The notes: generated from the sequence alone by a model not told the origin. Counted from the first letter of the stretch, positions 38,848 to 54,135 are shown. The stretch: 64,000 bases of DNA from Eledone cirrhosa (GCA_964016885.1 OZ024753.1:47120001-47184000), one strand, 5' to 3'. Translations and numbers: made by a program.

Positions 38848-41101
38848 TATATATATTTATTTTAAGAAACCTTAATGACAAATAATATAAAGTGTTTGTA
38901 AAGTGGGGAAGAGTAGTTTTACGGTGGGGTTGTTATATAGATATCGTTTTTGCAGTGGGGTCGTGACTGGCGTATAATAATGAGTAACTGTTGATGTATA
39001 TACAAATCATATTTTGGATATAAGTGAAGTTATTTAAGAGATTTAGTTGTTTTGTATACATTCCAGTTGTTGTCTCCCTGTTTCTTCTTCAACAACTATA
39101 ACGGTACGCGATGGGGCCCACCCACAGCCCCGGCGGACAGAATGGAGAAGGCGTTTCCCCGGAGCACGGCAAGGGAGACGCGCTGGAAAAGCCACTCCAA
39201 CTCGCGGGGCTCACACCTGCGACTGGCCAGCTCAGCGCCTATGGTGGTGAGTAAGGAGGTAGCCCTGGGGTCGAGGACACCAGAAGTCTCCACTTCCAGG
39301 GGTACGACCGCAAACCTGTCGGAGAGTGAACGATATGTGAGCAGTTTGGCCCTCTCAGCCTGACGTGCAGCAGAACCTGGGCCAGTCGCAGACTGCACCA
39401 GGTTGCGGCTGCAGAAAGTGTCGGTGCAAGTGGCATCCCAGACGAGGGGTTTGCCACCGCGGAACGGGAAGATGGTCATGCCATCTGGCCTTTTGCCGTC
39501 CCCTGGAGCTGGGAAGGGAAGCCTGCAGCGTCCAAGCCATGCTTAATGATTTCGCTGAGGGCAGCATGGCGTGGATTGCGGCTGGCACTGTGGCGACAGG
39601 AAAGCGGGTGGAGGCCGAAAAAGTCCATGGTGGAACGGCAGCGACATTGGTGTGAGGCCGAGCCTCAGGGAAACGCCAATGCGCAAGCTATGGTTGTCTA
39701 GCTGCGTGCGAGTGGAGAAGGAGGGCAGGGCATGGAGCCAGGCCCCACTGTGGGGTTTGGAGGCCGCACGAAAACAAACAAGGCGGTGCTGGTCGAGCTG
39801 GCACGTGAGCCTGTCTGAAGCCAGGCTGCACTGGATGGCATCCCAAGTGTGTTGGGGGGGGACTTGACGTCAACAGGGGGAGAAGGAGGAGGAACGTCTA
39901 CTGGGCTAAGTCCCAGCCGGTGCCACGTCTCACAGGCGGCCACGCGTTCTCTGAACACAGAGGGTTCTGTTGTGTTTTGAAGAACCCTGCTGAGATGGAC
40001 GTGGTACGAGGTTACCGACGAAAGATACGCTGGCAAAGCTAGTGAGATCGGGGACTGGAGGCGAAGGTCGCCATACCTGATAGGTAAAGTTGCATATCTC
40101 ATCGGCTGCTGCTCGGATACAAGTCTGGGTGTAGCACAGAGTGTATAGAGGAGCTTCGGCATGGCGTAGCAGTTCCTCAGCAGAAAGAGAACTGGGTGGC
40201 CATCAATCAAGCCCAGTCGGCTCGTGAGAGTCTGAACTTGATGGTGGAGCGGATGGCCGGCGGGTGGATCGGTGAGGGCATCCTCTTTGGGGGTCACCTG
40301 AACCTGGCGGAGAATGGACCGCACGTCCAAGACGGCGACTGCAAAGCTTGCAGCATCGAGGCTGACATTCACCACCTCCGACTTGGCTGAGTTGACCTGG
40401 AGGTCGATTCCCGCCAGGGCAGGAACCACCGATTGAAGGTCATGGCAGACCGCCTGTACGGGCCCACCCAAAGTAGCATCATCCAGATACCAAACGTTGA
40501 GAGGGGCCGTTATACTCCGGGCGATGTGGTCAATACCAAGGGTGAACAGGAGGGGTCCCAAAGGGTTGCCCTGTTGGATCCCAGTAGCCAAGGGTATGAC
40601 CGTATCAGCAGCATGTCGCATGCTCGGGGCTCCATATGACAGCTAGGCAGAGGGGGCTCGGCTGAGGCAGGCCTCGAGCAGATGATCCCAGCGTAAAGAG
40701 TTGAAGGCATTCCTCATGTCAAACTTGACAATGAGGTGGCTGGAGTCCCTGGATGCCGGTTCCGAGTGTTACGGACTTGCAGGTTACCTTGGCAGCCAGC
40801 CTCCGGAAGACATTGCCCACAGCAATGGGGCGTATGCCACCCTCTTTCTTCCTGAGAGCGGTGAAGCTGGCTGAAAAAAAGAGGCCTCGAGCATAAGAGT
40901 CCAGGGCGCCATGGATGAGCCTATTGGTGAGCGCCACAATTGCACTCAGAAGGCGGCGCCCGGCCTCAGCGGAGAGGGGAGATGTCAACTCCTTGAGGAG
41001 GCCTGGTCAGAGACCATCAACATCACCGCAGCTGCTAGCTGGGAAGGACCTGATGGCGGACATGATGTCTGCATCAGAAGCCACAACGAGCAAGTGTGGA
41101 T
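38848..41101 (-). mobile_element. Decayed CRE-clade retrotransposon, unit 6 (B variant, most complete copy)
   Basis: Retains zinc knuckle and RPDG, plus a 34-nt segment (39064-39097) missing from all other copies. Confidence 0.9.
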
Positions 41102-41952
41102 TACAATACAAAACCTCTGAGAATGATTTCTAAGATATTTCACCATAATTAATTTTCATCAATATATATTAATATTATTATTGTTTATTAGGTCAGGTGG
41201 ATTGGCCAGAACAATTCTACTCTTCTTTTTTAGATGTCACGATTTTTCATGGCATTCCTGAGATCATTAATCTCCAGCTGGAGATCCAGAGACATCTGAT
41301 GTATGTAGGTGAACCTCAGTCATCCCACTAGGGTCTTACTATGTTTAGGTATCCACCACAGGAGCCAGCTCATCAGGTCATCCTACCCTCAGCAGCAATG
41401 TCCAGCATCTATTGATTTCCGCTCCCTAGTTATTGTGGTAATCTTCGATATCTGGGAATATATTTCTTCTGCTTAAGGGAGTAATAAATATATAGTTTTA
41501 AAAAAAACATATATATACACACACATATATATATGTTGTCATTTATAAGAGTTCTCTATCAAAAGCCTTCTCTATGTCCAAAGCTAAGTATAGTGGCTTA
41601 TTTTTCTCTAAGAACCTCTTTTGTAGTTGTCTCACTAAGAAGAGGGCATCTGTTGCACTTTTCAGCGGCACAAAACCAAACTGCATCTCATACACATACA
41701 TACATATACATACATACATACATATACACATACATACATACATCATCATCATCATCATCATCATCATTTCGTTTTAAGTCCGCTTTTTCCCTGCTTGCAA
41801 GGGTGGGACGGGAACTGATTCTGGCTTGATTTCTACAGCTGGATGCCCTTCCTAACACCAACCTCATTTACAGTGAGTGCTGAGTGCTTTTTTGCCGTGG
41901 CACCTCCACGACCACTTTGCAGTGGAATGATATGGACCCCAGTCCCTATCAT

Positions 41953-42095
41953 CTCATTTCTACAGCTGAGTAAACTGGAGCAATGTGAAATAAAGTGTCT
42001 TGCTCAAGGAAACAACACATCACCCAGTCTGAGAATTGAACTCACAACCTTTCGATTGCCAGGCCAATGCTCGAACCACTAAGCCATGTGCCTCC
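41953..42095 (-). mobile_element. CORE-type SINE, unit 6
   Basis: As 14457-14599. Confidence 0.85.
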
Positions 42096-42811
42096 ATATA
42101 CATATACATATACATACACATACATATACATACATATATATATACATACATACATATATACACATACATACATACACATACATACACATATACATACATA
42201 TACATACATAGATATATATATATACATAATATAAATATACATACATACACATACATAAGCATATACACATAAGTATATATACATATACACACGTATATAT
42301 ACATATACATACATACATATATACACATACATACATATATACATACATACACACATATATACATATACACATACATACATATACATACATACACATATAC
42401 ATACATATATATACATACATACACATACATAGATATATATATATACATAATATAAATATACACACATACACATACATAAGCATATACACATAAGTATATA
42501 TACATATACACACGTATATATACATATACATACATACATATATACACATACATACATATATACATACATACACACATATACATACATATATACATATACA
42601 CATACATACATATACATACATATACACATACATACATATATATATATACATACACACACATATATACATACACACACATATATACAAACACATACATATA
42701 CACATATATACACATACATACACATACATATACATACATATACACATATACACTCATATATACATATACATACATACACACACATACATACATATATACA
42801 TATACATACAT

Positions 42812-43362
42812 AAAGACAAATCCACCTCATGGACGAGAATGCAAGGGCTCCTCCTCTTTGTTTCGGCCGCGGATGGCTAACCCTAACCCCATCCCCGCTC
42901 CCCACTGCTCCCAACCTCCAAACGCAATCCAAAACTTCAGAGTTGGTACCATTAATGTAGGCACCTTATAGGGTGGCTCTAACGAGGTTGTAGAAATGCT
43001 TGAACGTAAGGAGGTCGATGTTTGTTGTATTCAAGAGACCAGGTGGAGGGGTGGGTCTGCTAGATTCATCGTGGGTAAAGAACGATGCTATACGCTTTTC
43101 TGTGTGGCAAATGACAATGGGCTGGGTATACACATACCACCCCACCGCCCCACCGCAAAGTGGTCGTGGAGGGGCCGCGGCCAAAAAGCACCCAGCCCAC
43201 ACTGTAAAGCTGACGTGGAGGTGCCACGGAAAAAAAAAACACCCAGCACTCACTGCAACGGGGTTGGCGTCAGGAAGGGCACCCAGCTGTAGAAACCAAT
43301 CCAGAATCAGCTCCCACCCCACCCTTGCAAGCATGGAAAAGCGGACGTATGATGAAGTTGAT
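42812..43362 (+). mobile_element. Internally deleted RTE, unit 6
   Basis: As 15055-15607. Confidence 0.85.
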
Positions 43363-44124
43363 ATATATATATATATATATTAGTATATATATACACATAT
43401 ATATATACACACATATATATCAGTGTACATATATATATACATATATATATATATATAAATGAATATTTATTCAATTTAAAGCGCCAATTATCTATATATA
43501 ACAAGATATGAATTTTTCTAGGGATGGGGAAATTTTCAGTTTGTTTTTATATTTTCACTTCATTTTTTACTTTCTATTTAATACAGTCTTTGATCCAATA
43601 TAATCCTGACAGTATTTGAACCAGTTTACCTCATATATATGTATGCACACACAACACTCAAGTTTCGCCATCTACTGCTATTTCATTCATATTTATTGTT
43701 TAATTAACTCTGGTCTAATTCATCAACTATTGTTAATTATATTATTACGTAGATTTCTTATAAAATCTAGTGCATATATACGTGTATATATACAGGGAGA
43801 CACTGTAATAGATGTAAAGAGAGTGGGAGATAGAGTTATAGAAGTAAAGAGAGGGGGAGAAATAAGCGGTAGATAGAGTAATAGATGTAAAGAGAGGGTT
43901 AGAACGTTCAACTTGACAGTCAGTACAATGTTCAGCATGGTAGCCAGTACATATGCCAACTACCCAACCGGCCAGCCAGCCGCATATGCGGTTGACTGGC
44001 CAGTTGGGCGGTTGGTATGTGGAACGTTCAACTACGCAGTCAGTACCAAAGTTCAACATTGTAGCCAGTGCATATGCCGATCGCCGCGCCCTCTTTGCTC
44101 TATTTTAATGACCTGGAACTAAGT

Positions 44125-44237
44125 AAAAAGAGTAGGAGATAACTCGACAAGAGCGGAGAGGGTGAGATTCGAACCATGTAAAGTCGTTGGCTCCTGAAGT
44201 TCGTAAGCGGTGCTGCTACTGACTAAGCAGCGCCGGA
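44125..44237 (-). ncRNA. Candidate Pol III tRNA-like RNA gene, unit 7
   Basis: As 769-881 with three private substitutions near the 5' end. Confidence 0.55.
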
Positions 44238-45016
44238 AGCAAGGCAAATCGCGCATAAAATAACGCTTATATCGACAAAAAAAAAAAAAATTTCAATGTT
44301 GCACTCTTGTTTGTTGTTCTTTTATTTTACGTAAACATTTCGCTGCTCTAGCCTCTTATTTCCTATTAGATTACACTTAATTCCATTAAACATTCATTCT
44401 TAGTCTCGTGGTAAACTATTTCATCTATATTTATATCGCTGTTACAGCCTTTTATTTCTACATCTATCACCTATAGCCACTGTTACGCCGGTAGTATAAG
44501 TAGCTTTATAACAAGAAACGATGATATAACTACACAAAATGTCTTCTTGAGCAAGACACTTCACTTCATATTGCTCCAGTACACCGAGTTACACATAGAC
44601 AGATACATACATACATACACAGATAGAAATGAGAGGTAGATAGAGTAAAAGATTTAAAGAGAGTGTGAGAAGTACGAGTTAGATAGTGTAAAAGATTTAA
44701 AGAGAGGGTGAGAGTGTGACACACATTTATCTGTCTATCTCTCTCTATTTTAACACCGGTCGTTATAATTAGTTTTATAACACCGCTATATTACCGACAT
44801 GAAAGAGGTAAATAATTATTTCTTAAATGTTTAGAACATGTTTCTCTTGTCTTCTTAAATGTATAGAACATGTTTCTTATTTATATTCTTAACATAGCTA
44901 GGACCTTATCTCATTTACTGGTCTCTACTTTTAGGACTTTGCTGGTCCCATGTGCCCTCCATGAAGACACACTCGCCCCTTCTCTCTCAGTCTCCGTACT
45001 AATTACTACACATACG

Positions 45017-47210
45017 TATATATATTTATTTTAAGAAACCTTAATGACAAATAATATAAAGTGTTTGTAAAGTGGGGAAGAGTAGTTTTACGGTGGGGTT
45101 GTTATATAGATATCGTTTTTGCAGTGGGGTCGTGACTGGCGTATAATAATGAGTCACTGTTGATGTATATACAAATCATGTTTTGGATATAAGTGAAGTT
45201 ATTTAAGAGATTTAGTTGTTTTGTATACATTCATAACGGTACGCGATGGGACCCACCCACAGCCCCGGCGGTCAGAATGGAGAAGGCGTTTCCCCGGAGC
45301 ACGGCAAGGGAGACGCGCTGGAAAAGCCACTCCAACTCGCGGGGCTCACACCTGCGGCTGGCCAGCTCAGCGCCTATGGTGGTGAGTAAGGAGGTAGCCC
45401 TGGGGCCGAGGACACCAGAAGTCTCCACTTCCAGGGGTACGACCGCAAACCTGTCGGAGAGTGAACGATATGTGAGGAGTTTGGCCCCCTCAGCCTGACG
45501 TGCAGCAGAACCTGGGCCAGTCGCAGACTGCACCAGGTTGCGGCTGCAGAAAGTGTCGGTGCAAGTGGCATCCCAGACGAGGGGTTTGCCACCGCGGAAC
45601 GGGAAGATGGTCATGCCATCTAGCCTTTTGCCGTCCCCTCGAGCTGGGAAGGGAAGCCTGCAGCGTCCAAGCCATGCTTAATGACTTCGTTGAGGGCAGC
45701 ATGGCGTGGATTGCGGGTGGAGGCCGAAAGAGTCCATGGTGGAACGGCAGCGACATTGGTGTGAGGCCGAGCCTCAGGGAAACGCCGATGCGCAAGCTAT
45801 TGTTGTCTAGCTGCGTGCGAGTGGAGAAGGAGGGCAGGGCATGGAGCCAGGCCCCACTGTGGGGTTTGGAGGCTGCACGAAAACAAACAAGGCGGTGCTG
45901 GTCGAGCTGGCACGTGAGCCTGTCTGAGGCCAGGCTGCACTGGATGGCATCCCAAGTGTGTTGGGGGGGACTTGACGTCAACAGGGGGAGAAGGAGGAGG
46001 AACGTCTACTGGGCTAAGTCCCAGCCGGTGCCACGTCTCACAGGCGGCCACGCGTTCTCTGAACACAGAGGGTTCTGTTGTGTTTTGAAGAACCCTGCTG
46101 AAGAGGACGTGGTACGAGGTTACCGACGAAAGATATGCCGGCAAAGCTAGTGAGATCGGGGACTGGAGGCGAAGGCCGCCATACCTGACAGGTAAAGTTG
46201 CATATCTCATCGGCTGCTGCTCGGATACAAGTTTAGGTGTAGCACAGAGTGTATAGAGGAGCTTCGGCATGGCGTAGCAGTTCCTCAGCAGAAAGAGAAC
46301 TGGGTGGCCATCAATCAAGCCCAGTCGGCTCGTGAGAGTCTGGACTTGATGGAGGAGCGGATGGCCGGCGGGTGGATCGGTGAGGGCATCCTCTTTGGGG
46401 GGTCACCTGAACCTGGCGGAGAATGGACCGCACGTCCAAGACGGAGACTGCAAAGCTTGCAGCATCGAGGCTGACATTCACCACCTCCGACTTGGCTGAG
46501 TTGACCTGGAGGTCGATTCCCGCCAGGGCAGGAACCACCGATTGAAGGTCATGGCAGACCGCCTGTACGGGCCCACCCAAAGTAGCATCATCCAGATACC
46601 AAACGTTGAGAGGGGCCGTTATACTCCAGGCGATGTGGTCAATACCAAGGGTGAACAGGAGGGGTCCCAAAGGGTTGCCCTGTTGGATCCCAGTAGCCAA
46701 GGGTATGACCGTATCAGCAGCATGGCGCATGCTTGGGGCTCCATATGACAGGTAGGCAGAGGGGGCTCGGCTGAGGCAGGCCTCGAGCAGATGATCCCAG
46801 CTTAAAGAGTTGAAGGCATTCCTCATGTCAAACTTGACAATGAGGTGGCTGGAGGCCCTGGATGCCGGTTCCGAGTGTTACGGACTTGCAGATTACCTTG
46901 GCAGCCAGCCTCCGGAAGACATTGCCCACAGCAATGGGGCGTATGCCATCCTCTTTCTTCCTGAGAGCGGTGAGGCTGGCCGAAAAAAAGAGGCCTCGAG
47001 CATAAGAGTCCAGGGCGCCATGGATGAGCCTATTGGTGAGCGCCACAATTGCACTCAGAAGGCGGCGCCCGGCCTCAGCGGAGAGGGGAGATATCAACTC
47101 CTTGAGGAGGCCTGGTCAGAGACCATCAACATCTCCGCAGCTGCTAGCTGGGAAGGACCTGATGGCGGACATGATGTCTGCATCAGAAGCCACAAGGAGC
47201 AAGTGTGGAT
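45017..47210 (-). mobile_element. Decayed CRE-clade retrotransposon, unit 7
   Basis: As unit 3. Confidence 0.9.
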
Positions 47211-48068
47211 TACAATACAAAACCTCTGAGAATGATTTCTAAGATATTTCACCATAATTAATTTTCATCAATATATATTAATATTATTATTGTTTATTAG
47301 GTCAGGTGGATTGGCCAGAACAATTCTACTCTTCTTTTTTAGATGTCACGATTTTTCATGGCATTCCTGAGATCATTAATCTCCAGCTGGAGATCCAGAG
47401 ACATCTGATGTATGTAGGTGAACCTCAGTCATCCCACTTGGCTCTTACTATGTTTAGGTATCCACCACAGGAGCCAGCTCATCAGGTCATCCTACCCTCA
47501 GCAGCAATGTCCAGCATCTATTGATTTCCGCTCCCTAGTTATTGTGGTAATCTTCGATATCTGGGAATATATTTCTTCTGCTTAAGGGAGTAATAAATAT
47601 ATAGTTTTAAAAAAAACATATATATACACACACATATATATATGTTGTCATTTATAAGAGTTCTCTATCAAAAGCCTTCTCTATGTCCAAAGCTAAGTAT
47701 AGTGGCTTATTTTTCTCTAAGAACCTCTTTTGTAGTTGTCTCACTAAGAAGAGGGCATCTGTTGCACTTTTCAGCGGCACAAAACCAAACTGCATCTCAT
47801 ACACATACATACATATACATACATACATACATACATATACACATACATACATACATCATCATCATCATCATCATCATCATCATTTCGTTTTAAGTCCGCT
47901 TTTTCCCTGCTTGTAAGGGTGGGACGGGAACTGATTCTGGCTTGATTTCTACAGCTGGATGCCCTTCCTAACACCAACCTCATTTACAGTGAGTGCTGAG
48001 TGCTTTTTTGCCGTGGCACCTCCACGACCACTTTGCAGTGGAATGATATGGACCCCAGTCCCTATCAT

Positions 48069-48211
48069 CTCATTTCTACAGCTGAGTAAACTGGAGCAAT
48101 GTGAAATAAAGTGTCTTGCTCAAGGAAACAACACATCACCCGGTCTGAGAATTGAACTCACAACTTTTCGATTGCCAGGCCAATGCTCGAACCACTAAGC
48201 CATGTGCCTCC
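48069..48211 (-). mobile_element. CORE-type SINE, unit 7
   Basis: As 14457-14599. Confidence 0.85.
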
Positions 48212-48702
48212 ATATACATATACATATACATATACATACACATACATATACATACATATATATATACATACATACATATATACACATACATACATACACA
48301 TACATACACACATACATACATATACATACATAGATATATATATATACATAATATAAATATACATACATACACATACATAAGCATATACACATAAGTATAT
48401 ATACATATACACACGTATATATACATATACATACATACATATATACACATACATACATATATACATACATACACACATATATACATATACACATACATAC
48501 ATATACATACATACACACATACATACATATATATATATACATACACACACATATATACATACACACACATATATACAAACACATACATATACACATATAT
48601 ACACATACATACACATACATATACATACATATACACATATACACTCATATATACATATACATACATACACACACATACATACATATATACATATACATAC
48701 AT

Positions 48703-49251
48703 AAAGACAAATCCACCTCATGGACGAGAATGCAAGGGCTCCTCCTCTTTGTTTCGGCCGCGGATGGCTAACCCTAACCCCATCCCCGCTCCCCACCGCT
48801 CCCAACCTCCAAACGCAATCCAAAACTTCAGAGTTGGTACCATTAATGTAGGCACCTTATAGGGTGGCTCTAACGAGGTTGTAGAAATGCTTGAACGTAA
48901 GGAGGTCGATGTTTGTTGTATTCAAGAGACCAGGTGGAGGGGTGGGTCTGCTAGATTCATCGTGGGTAAAGAACGATGCTATAAGCTTTTCTGTGTGGCA
49001 AATGACAATGGGCTGGGTATACACATACCACCCCACCACCCCACCGCAAAGTGGTCGTGGAGGCGCCGCGGCAAAAAAGCACCCAGCCCACACTGTAAAG
49101 CTGACGTGGAGGTGCCACGGAAAAAAAAAAGCACCCAGCACTCACTGCAAACGGGGTTGGCGTCGGGAAGGGCACCCAGCTGTAGAAACCAATCCAGAAT
49201 CAGCTCCCACCCCACCCTTGCAAGCATGGAAAAGCGGACGTATGATGAAGT

Positions 49252-49255
<4 letters not shown>
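48703..49255 (+). mobile_element. Internally deleted RTE, unit 7
   Basis: As 15055-15607. Confidence 0.85.
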
Positions 49256-49306
<51 letters not shown>

Positions 49307-49351
49307 TATATATATACACATATATATATACACACATATATATCAGTGTAC

Positions 49352-49382
<31 letters not shown>

Positions 49383-50049
49383 AATGAATATTTATTCAAT
49401 TTAAACCGCCAATTATCTATATATAACAAGATATGAATTTTTCTAGGGATGGGGAAATTTTCAGTTTGTTTTTATATTTTCACTTCATTTTTTACTTTCT
49501 ATTTAATACAGTCTTTGATCCAATATAATCCTGACAGTATTTGAACCAGTTTACCTCATATATATGTATGCACACACAACACTCAAGTTTCGCCATCTAC
49601 TGCTATTTCATTCATATTTATTGTTTAATTAACTCTGGTCTAATTCATCAACTATTGTTAATTATATTATTACGTAGATTTCTTATAAAATCTAGTGCAT
49701 ATATACGTGTATATATACAGGGAGACACTGTAATAGATGTAAAGAGAGTGGGAGATAGAGTTATAGAAGTAAAGAGAGGGGGAGAAATAAGCGGTAGATA
49801 GAGTAATAGATGTAAAGAGAGGGTTAGAACGTTCAACTTGACAGTCAGTACAATGTTCAGCATGGTAGCCAGTACATATGCCAACTACCCAACCGGCCAG
49901 CCAGCCGCATATGCGGTTGACTGGCCAGTTGGGCGGTTGGTATGTGGAACGTTCAACTACGCAGTCAGTACCAAAGTTCAACATTGTAGCCAGTGCATAT
50001 GCCGATCGCCGCGCCCTCTTTGCTCTATTTTAATGACCTGGAACTAAGT

Positions 50050-50162
50050 AAAAAGAGTAGGAGATAACTCGACAAGAGCGGAGAGGGTGAGATTCGAACC
50101 ATGTAAAGTCGTTGGCTCCTGAAGTTCGTAAGCGGGGCTGCTACTGACTGAGCAGCGCCGGC
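50050..50162 (-). ncRNA. Candidate Pol III tRNA-like RNA gene, unit 8
   Basis: Consensus copy. Confidence 0.55.
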
Positions 50163-50943
50163 AGCAAGGCAAATCGCGCATAAAATAACGCTTATATCGA
50201 CAAAAAAAAAAAAAAAATTTCAATGTTGCACTCTTGTTTGTTGTTCTTTTATTTTACGTAAACATTTCGCTGCTCTAGCCTCTTATTTCCTATTAGATTA
50301 CACTTAATTCCATTAAACATTCATTCTTAGTCTCGTGGTAAACTATTTCATCTATATTTATATCGCTGTTACAGCCTTTTATTTCTACATCTATCACCTA
50401 TAGCCACTGTTACGCCGGTAGTATAAGTAGCTTTATAACAAGAAACGATGATATAACTCCACAAAATGTCTTCTTGAGCAAGACACTTCACTTCATATTG
50501 CTCCAGTACACCGAGTTACACATAGACAGATACATACATACATACACAGATAGAAATGAGAGGTAGATAGAGTAAAAGATTTAAAGAGAGTGTGAGAAGT
50601 ACGAGTTAGATAGTGTAAAAGATTTAAAGAGAGGGTGAGAGTGTGACACACATTTATCTGTCTATCTCTCTCTATTTTAACACCGGTCGTTATAATTAGT
50701 TTTATAACACCGCTATATTACCGACATGAAAGAGGTAAATAATTATTTCTTAAATGTTTAGAACATGTTTCTCTTGTCTTCTTAAATGTATAGAACATGT
50801 TTCTTATTTATATTCTTAACATAGCTAGGACCTTATCTCATTTACTGGTCTCTACTTTTAGGACTTTGCTGGTCCCATGTGCCCTCCATGAAGACACACT
50901 CGCCCCTTCTCTCTCAGTCTCCGTACTAATTACTACACATACG

Positions 50944-53137
50944 TATATATATTTATTTTAAGAAACCTTAATGACAAATAATATAAAGTGTTTGTAAAGT
51001 GGGGAAGAGTAGTTTTACGGTGGGGTTGTTATATAGATATCGTTTTTGCAGTGGGGTCGTGACTGGCGTATAATAATGAGTCACTGTTGATGTATATACA
51101 AATCATGTTTTGGATATAAGTGAAGTTATTTAAGAGATTTAGTTGTTTTGTATACATTCATAACGGTACGCGATGGGACCCACCCACAGCCCCGGCGGAC
51201 AGAATGGAGAAGGCGTTTCCCCGGAGCACGGCAAGGGAGACGCGCTGGAAAAGCCACTCCAACTCGCGGGGCTCACACCTGCGGCTGGCCAGCTCAGCGC
51301 CTATGGTGGTGAGTAAGGAGGTAGCCCTGGGGCCGAGGACACCAGAAGTCTCCACTTCCAGGGGTACGACCGCAAACCTGTCGGAGAGTGAACGATATGT
51401 GAGGAGTTTGGCCCCCTCAGCCTGACGTGCAGCAGAACCTGGGCCAGTCGCAGACTGCACCAGGTTGCGGCTGCAGAAAGTGTCGGTGCAAGTGGCATCC
51501 CAGACGAGGGGTTTGCCACCGCGGAACGGGAAGATGGTCATGCCATCTAGCCTTTTGCCGTCCCCTCGAGCTGGGAAGGGAAGCCTGCAGCGTCCAAGCC
51601 ATGCTTAATGACTTCGTTGAGGGCAGCATGGCGTGGATTGCGGGTGGAGGCCGAAAGAGTCCATGGTGGAACGGCAGCGACATTGGTGTGAGGCCGAGCC
51701 TCAGGGAAACGCCGATGCGCAAGCTATTGTTGTCTAGCTGCGTGCGAGTGGAGAAGGAGGGCAGGGCATGGAGCCAGGCCCCACTGTGGGGTTTGGAGGC
51801 TGCACGAAAACAAACAAGGCGGTGCTGGTCGAGCTGGCACGTGAGCCTGTCTGAGGCCAGGCTGCACTGGATGGCATCCCAAGTGTGTTGGGGGGGACTT
51901 GACGTCAACAGGGGGAGAAGGAGGAGGAACGTCTACTGGGCTAAGTCCCAGCCGGTGCCACGTCTCACAGGCGGCCACGCGTTCTCTGAACACAGAGGGT
52001 TCTGTTGTGTTTTGAAGGACCCTGCTGAAGAGGACGTGGTACGAGGTTACCGACGAAAGATATGCCGGCAAAGCTAGTGAGATCGGGGACTGGAGGCGAA
52101 GGCCGCCATACCTGACAGGTAAAGTTGCATATCTCATCGGCTGCTGCTCGGATACAAGTTTAGGTGTAGCACAGAGTGTATAGAGGAGCTTCGGCATGGC
52201 GTAGCAGTTCCTCAGCAGAAAGAGAACTGGGTGGCCATCAATCAAGCCCAGTCGGCTCGTGAGAGTCTGGACTTGATGGAGGAGCGGATGGCCGGCGGGT
52301 GGATCGGTGAGGGCATCCTCTTTGGGGGGTCACCTGAACCTGGCGGAGAATGGACCGCACGTCCAAGACGGAGACTGCAAAGCTTGCAGCATCGAGGCTG
52401 ACATTCACCACCTCCGACTTGGCTGAGTTGACCTGGAGGTCGATTCCCGCCAGGGCAGGAACCACCGATTGAAGGTCATGGCAGACCGCCTGTACGGGCC
52501 CACCCAAAGTAGCATCATCCAGATACCAAACGTTGAGAGGGGCCGTTATACTCCAGGCGATGTGGTCAATACCAAGGGTGAACAGGAGGGGTCCCAAAGG
52601 GTTGCCCTGTTGGATCCCAGTAGCCAAGGGTATGACCGTATCAGCAGCATGGCGCATGCTTGGGGCTCCATATGACAGGTAGGCAGAGGGGGCTCGGCTG
52701 AGGCAGGCCTCGAGCAGATGATCCCAGCGTAAAGAGTTGAAGGCATTCCTCATGTCAAACTTGACAATGAGGTGGCTGGAGGCCCTGGATGCCGGTTCCG
52801 AGTGTTACGGACTTGCAGATTACCTTGGCAGCCAGCCTCCGGAAGACATTGCCCACAGCAATGGGGCGTATGCCATCCTCTTTCTTCCTGAGAGCGGTGA
52901 GGCTGGCCGAAAAAAAGAGGCCTCGAGCATAAGAGTCCAGGGCGCCATGGATGAGCCTATTGGTGAGCGCCACAATTGCACTCAGAAGGCGGCGCCCGGC
53001 CTCAGCGGAGAGGGGAGATATCAACTCCTTGAGGAGGCCTGGTCAGAGACCATCAACATCTCCGCAGCTGCTAGCTGGGAAGGACCTGATGGCGGACATG
53101 ATGTCTGCATCAGAAGCCACAAGGAGCAAGTGTGGAT
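50944..53137 (-). mobile_element. Decayed CRE-clade retrotransposon, unit 8
   Basis: As unit 3. Confidence 0.9.
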
Positions 53138-53992
53138 TACAATACAAAACCTCTGAGAATGATTTCTAAGATATTTCACCATAATTAATTTTCATCAATA
53201 TATATTAATATTATTATTGTTTATTAGGTCAGGTGGATTGGCCAGAACAATTCTACTCTTCTTTTTTAGATGTCACGATTTTTCATGGCATTCCTGAGAT
53301 CATTAATCTCCAGCTGGAGATCCAGAGACATCTGATGTATGTAGGTGAACCTCAGTCATCCCACTTGGCTCTTACTATGTTTAGGTATCCACCACAGGAG
53401 CCAGCTCATCAGGTCATCCTACCCTCAGCAGCAATGTCCAGCATCTATTGATTTCCGCTCCCTAGTTATTGTGGTAATCTTCGATATCTGGGAATATATT
53501 TCTTCTGCTTAAGGGAGTAATAAATATATAGTTTTAAAAAAAACATATATATACACACACATATATATATGTTGTCATTTATAAGAGTTCTCTATCAAAA
53601 GCCTTCTCTATGTCCAAAGCTAAGTATAGTGGCTTATTTTTCTCTAAGAACCTCTTTTGTAGTTGTCTCACTAAGAAGAGGGCATCTGTTGCACTTTTCA
53701 GCGGCACAAAACCAAACTGCATCTCATACACATACATACATATACATACATACATACATACATATACACATACATACATACATCATCATCATCATCATCA
53801 TCATCATTTCGTTTTAAGTCCGCTTTTTCCCTGCTTGTAAGGGTGGGACGGGAACTGATTCTGGCTTGATTTCTACAGCTGGATGCCCTTCCTAACACCA
53901 ACCTCATTTACAGTGAGTGCTGAGTGCTTTTTTGCCGTGGCACCTCCACGACCACTTTGCAGTGGAATGATATGGACCCCAGTCCCTATCAT

Positions 53993-54135
53993 CTCATTTC
54001 TACAGCTGAGTAAACTGGAGCAATGTGAAATAAAGTGTCTTGCTCAAGGAAACAACACATCACCCGGTCTGAGAATTGAACTCACAACTTTTCGATTGCC
54101 AGGCCAATGCTCGAACCACTAAGCCATGTGCCTCC
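53993..54135 (-). mobile_element. CORE-type SINE, unit 8
   Basis: As 14457-14599. Confidence 0.85.
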
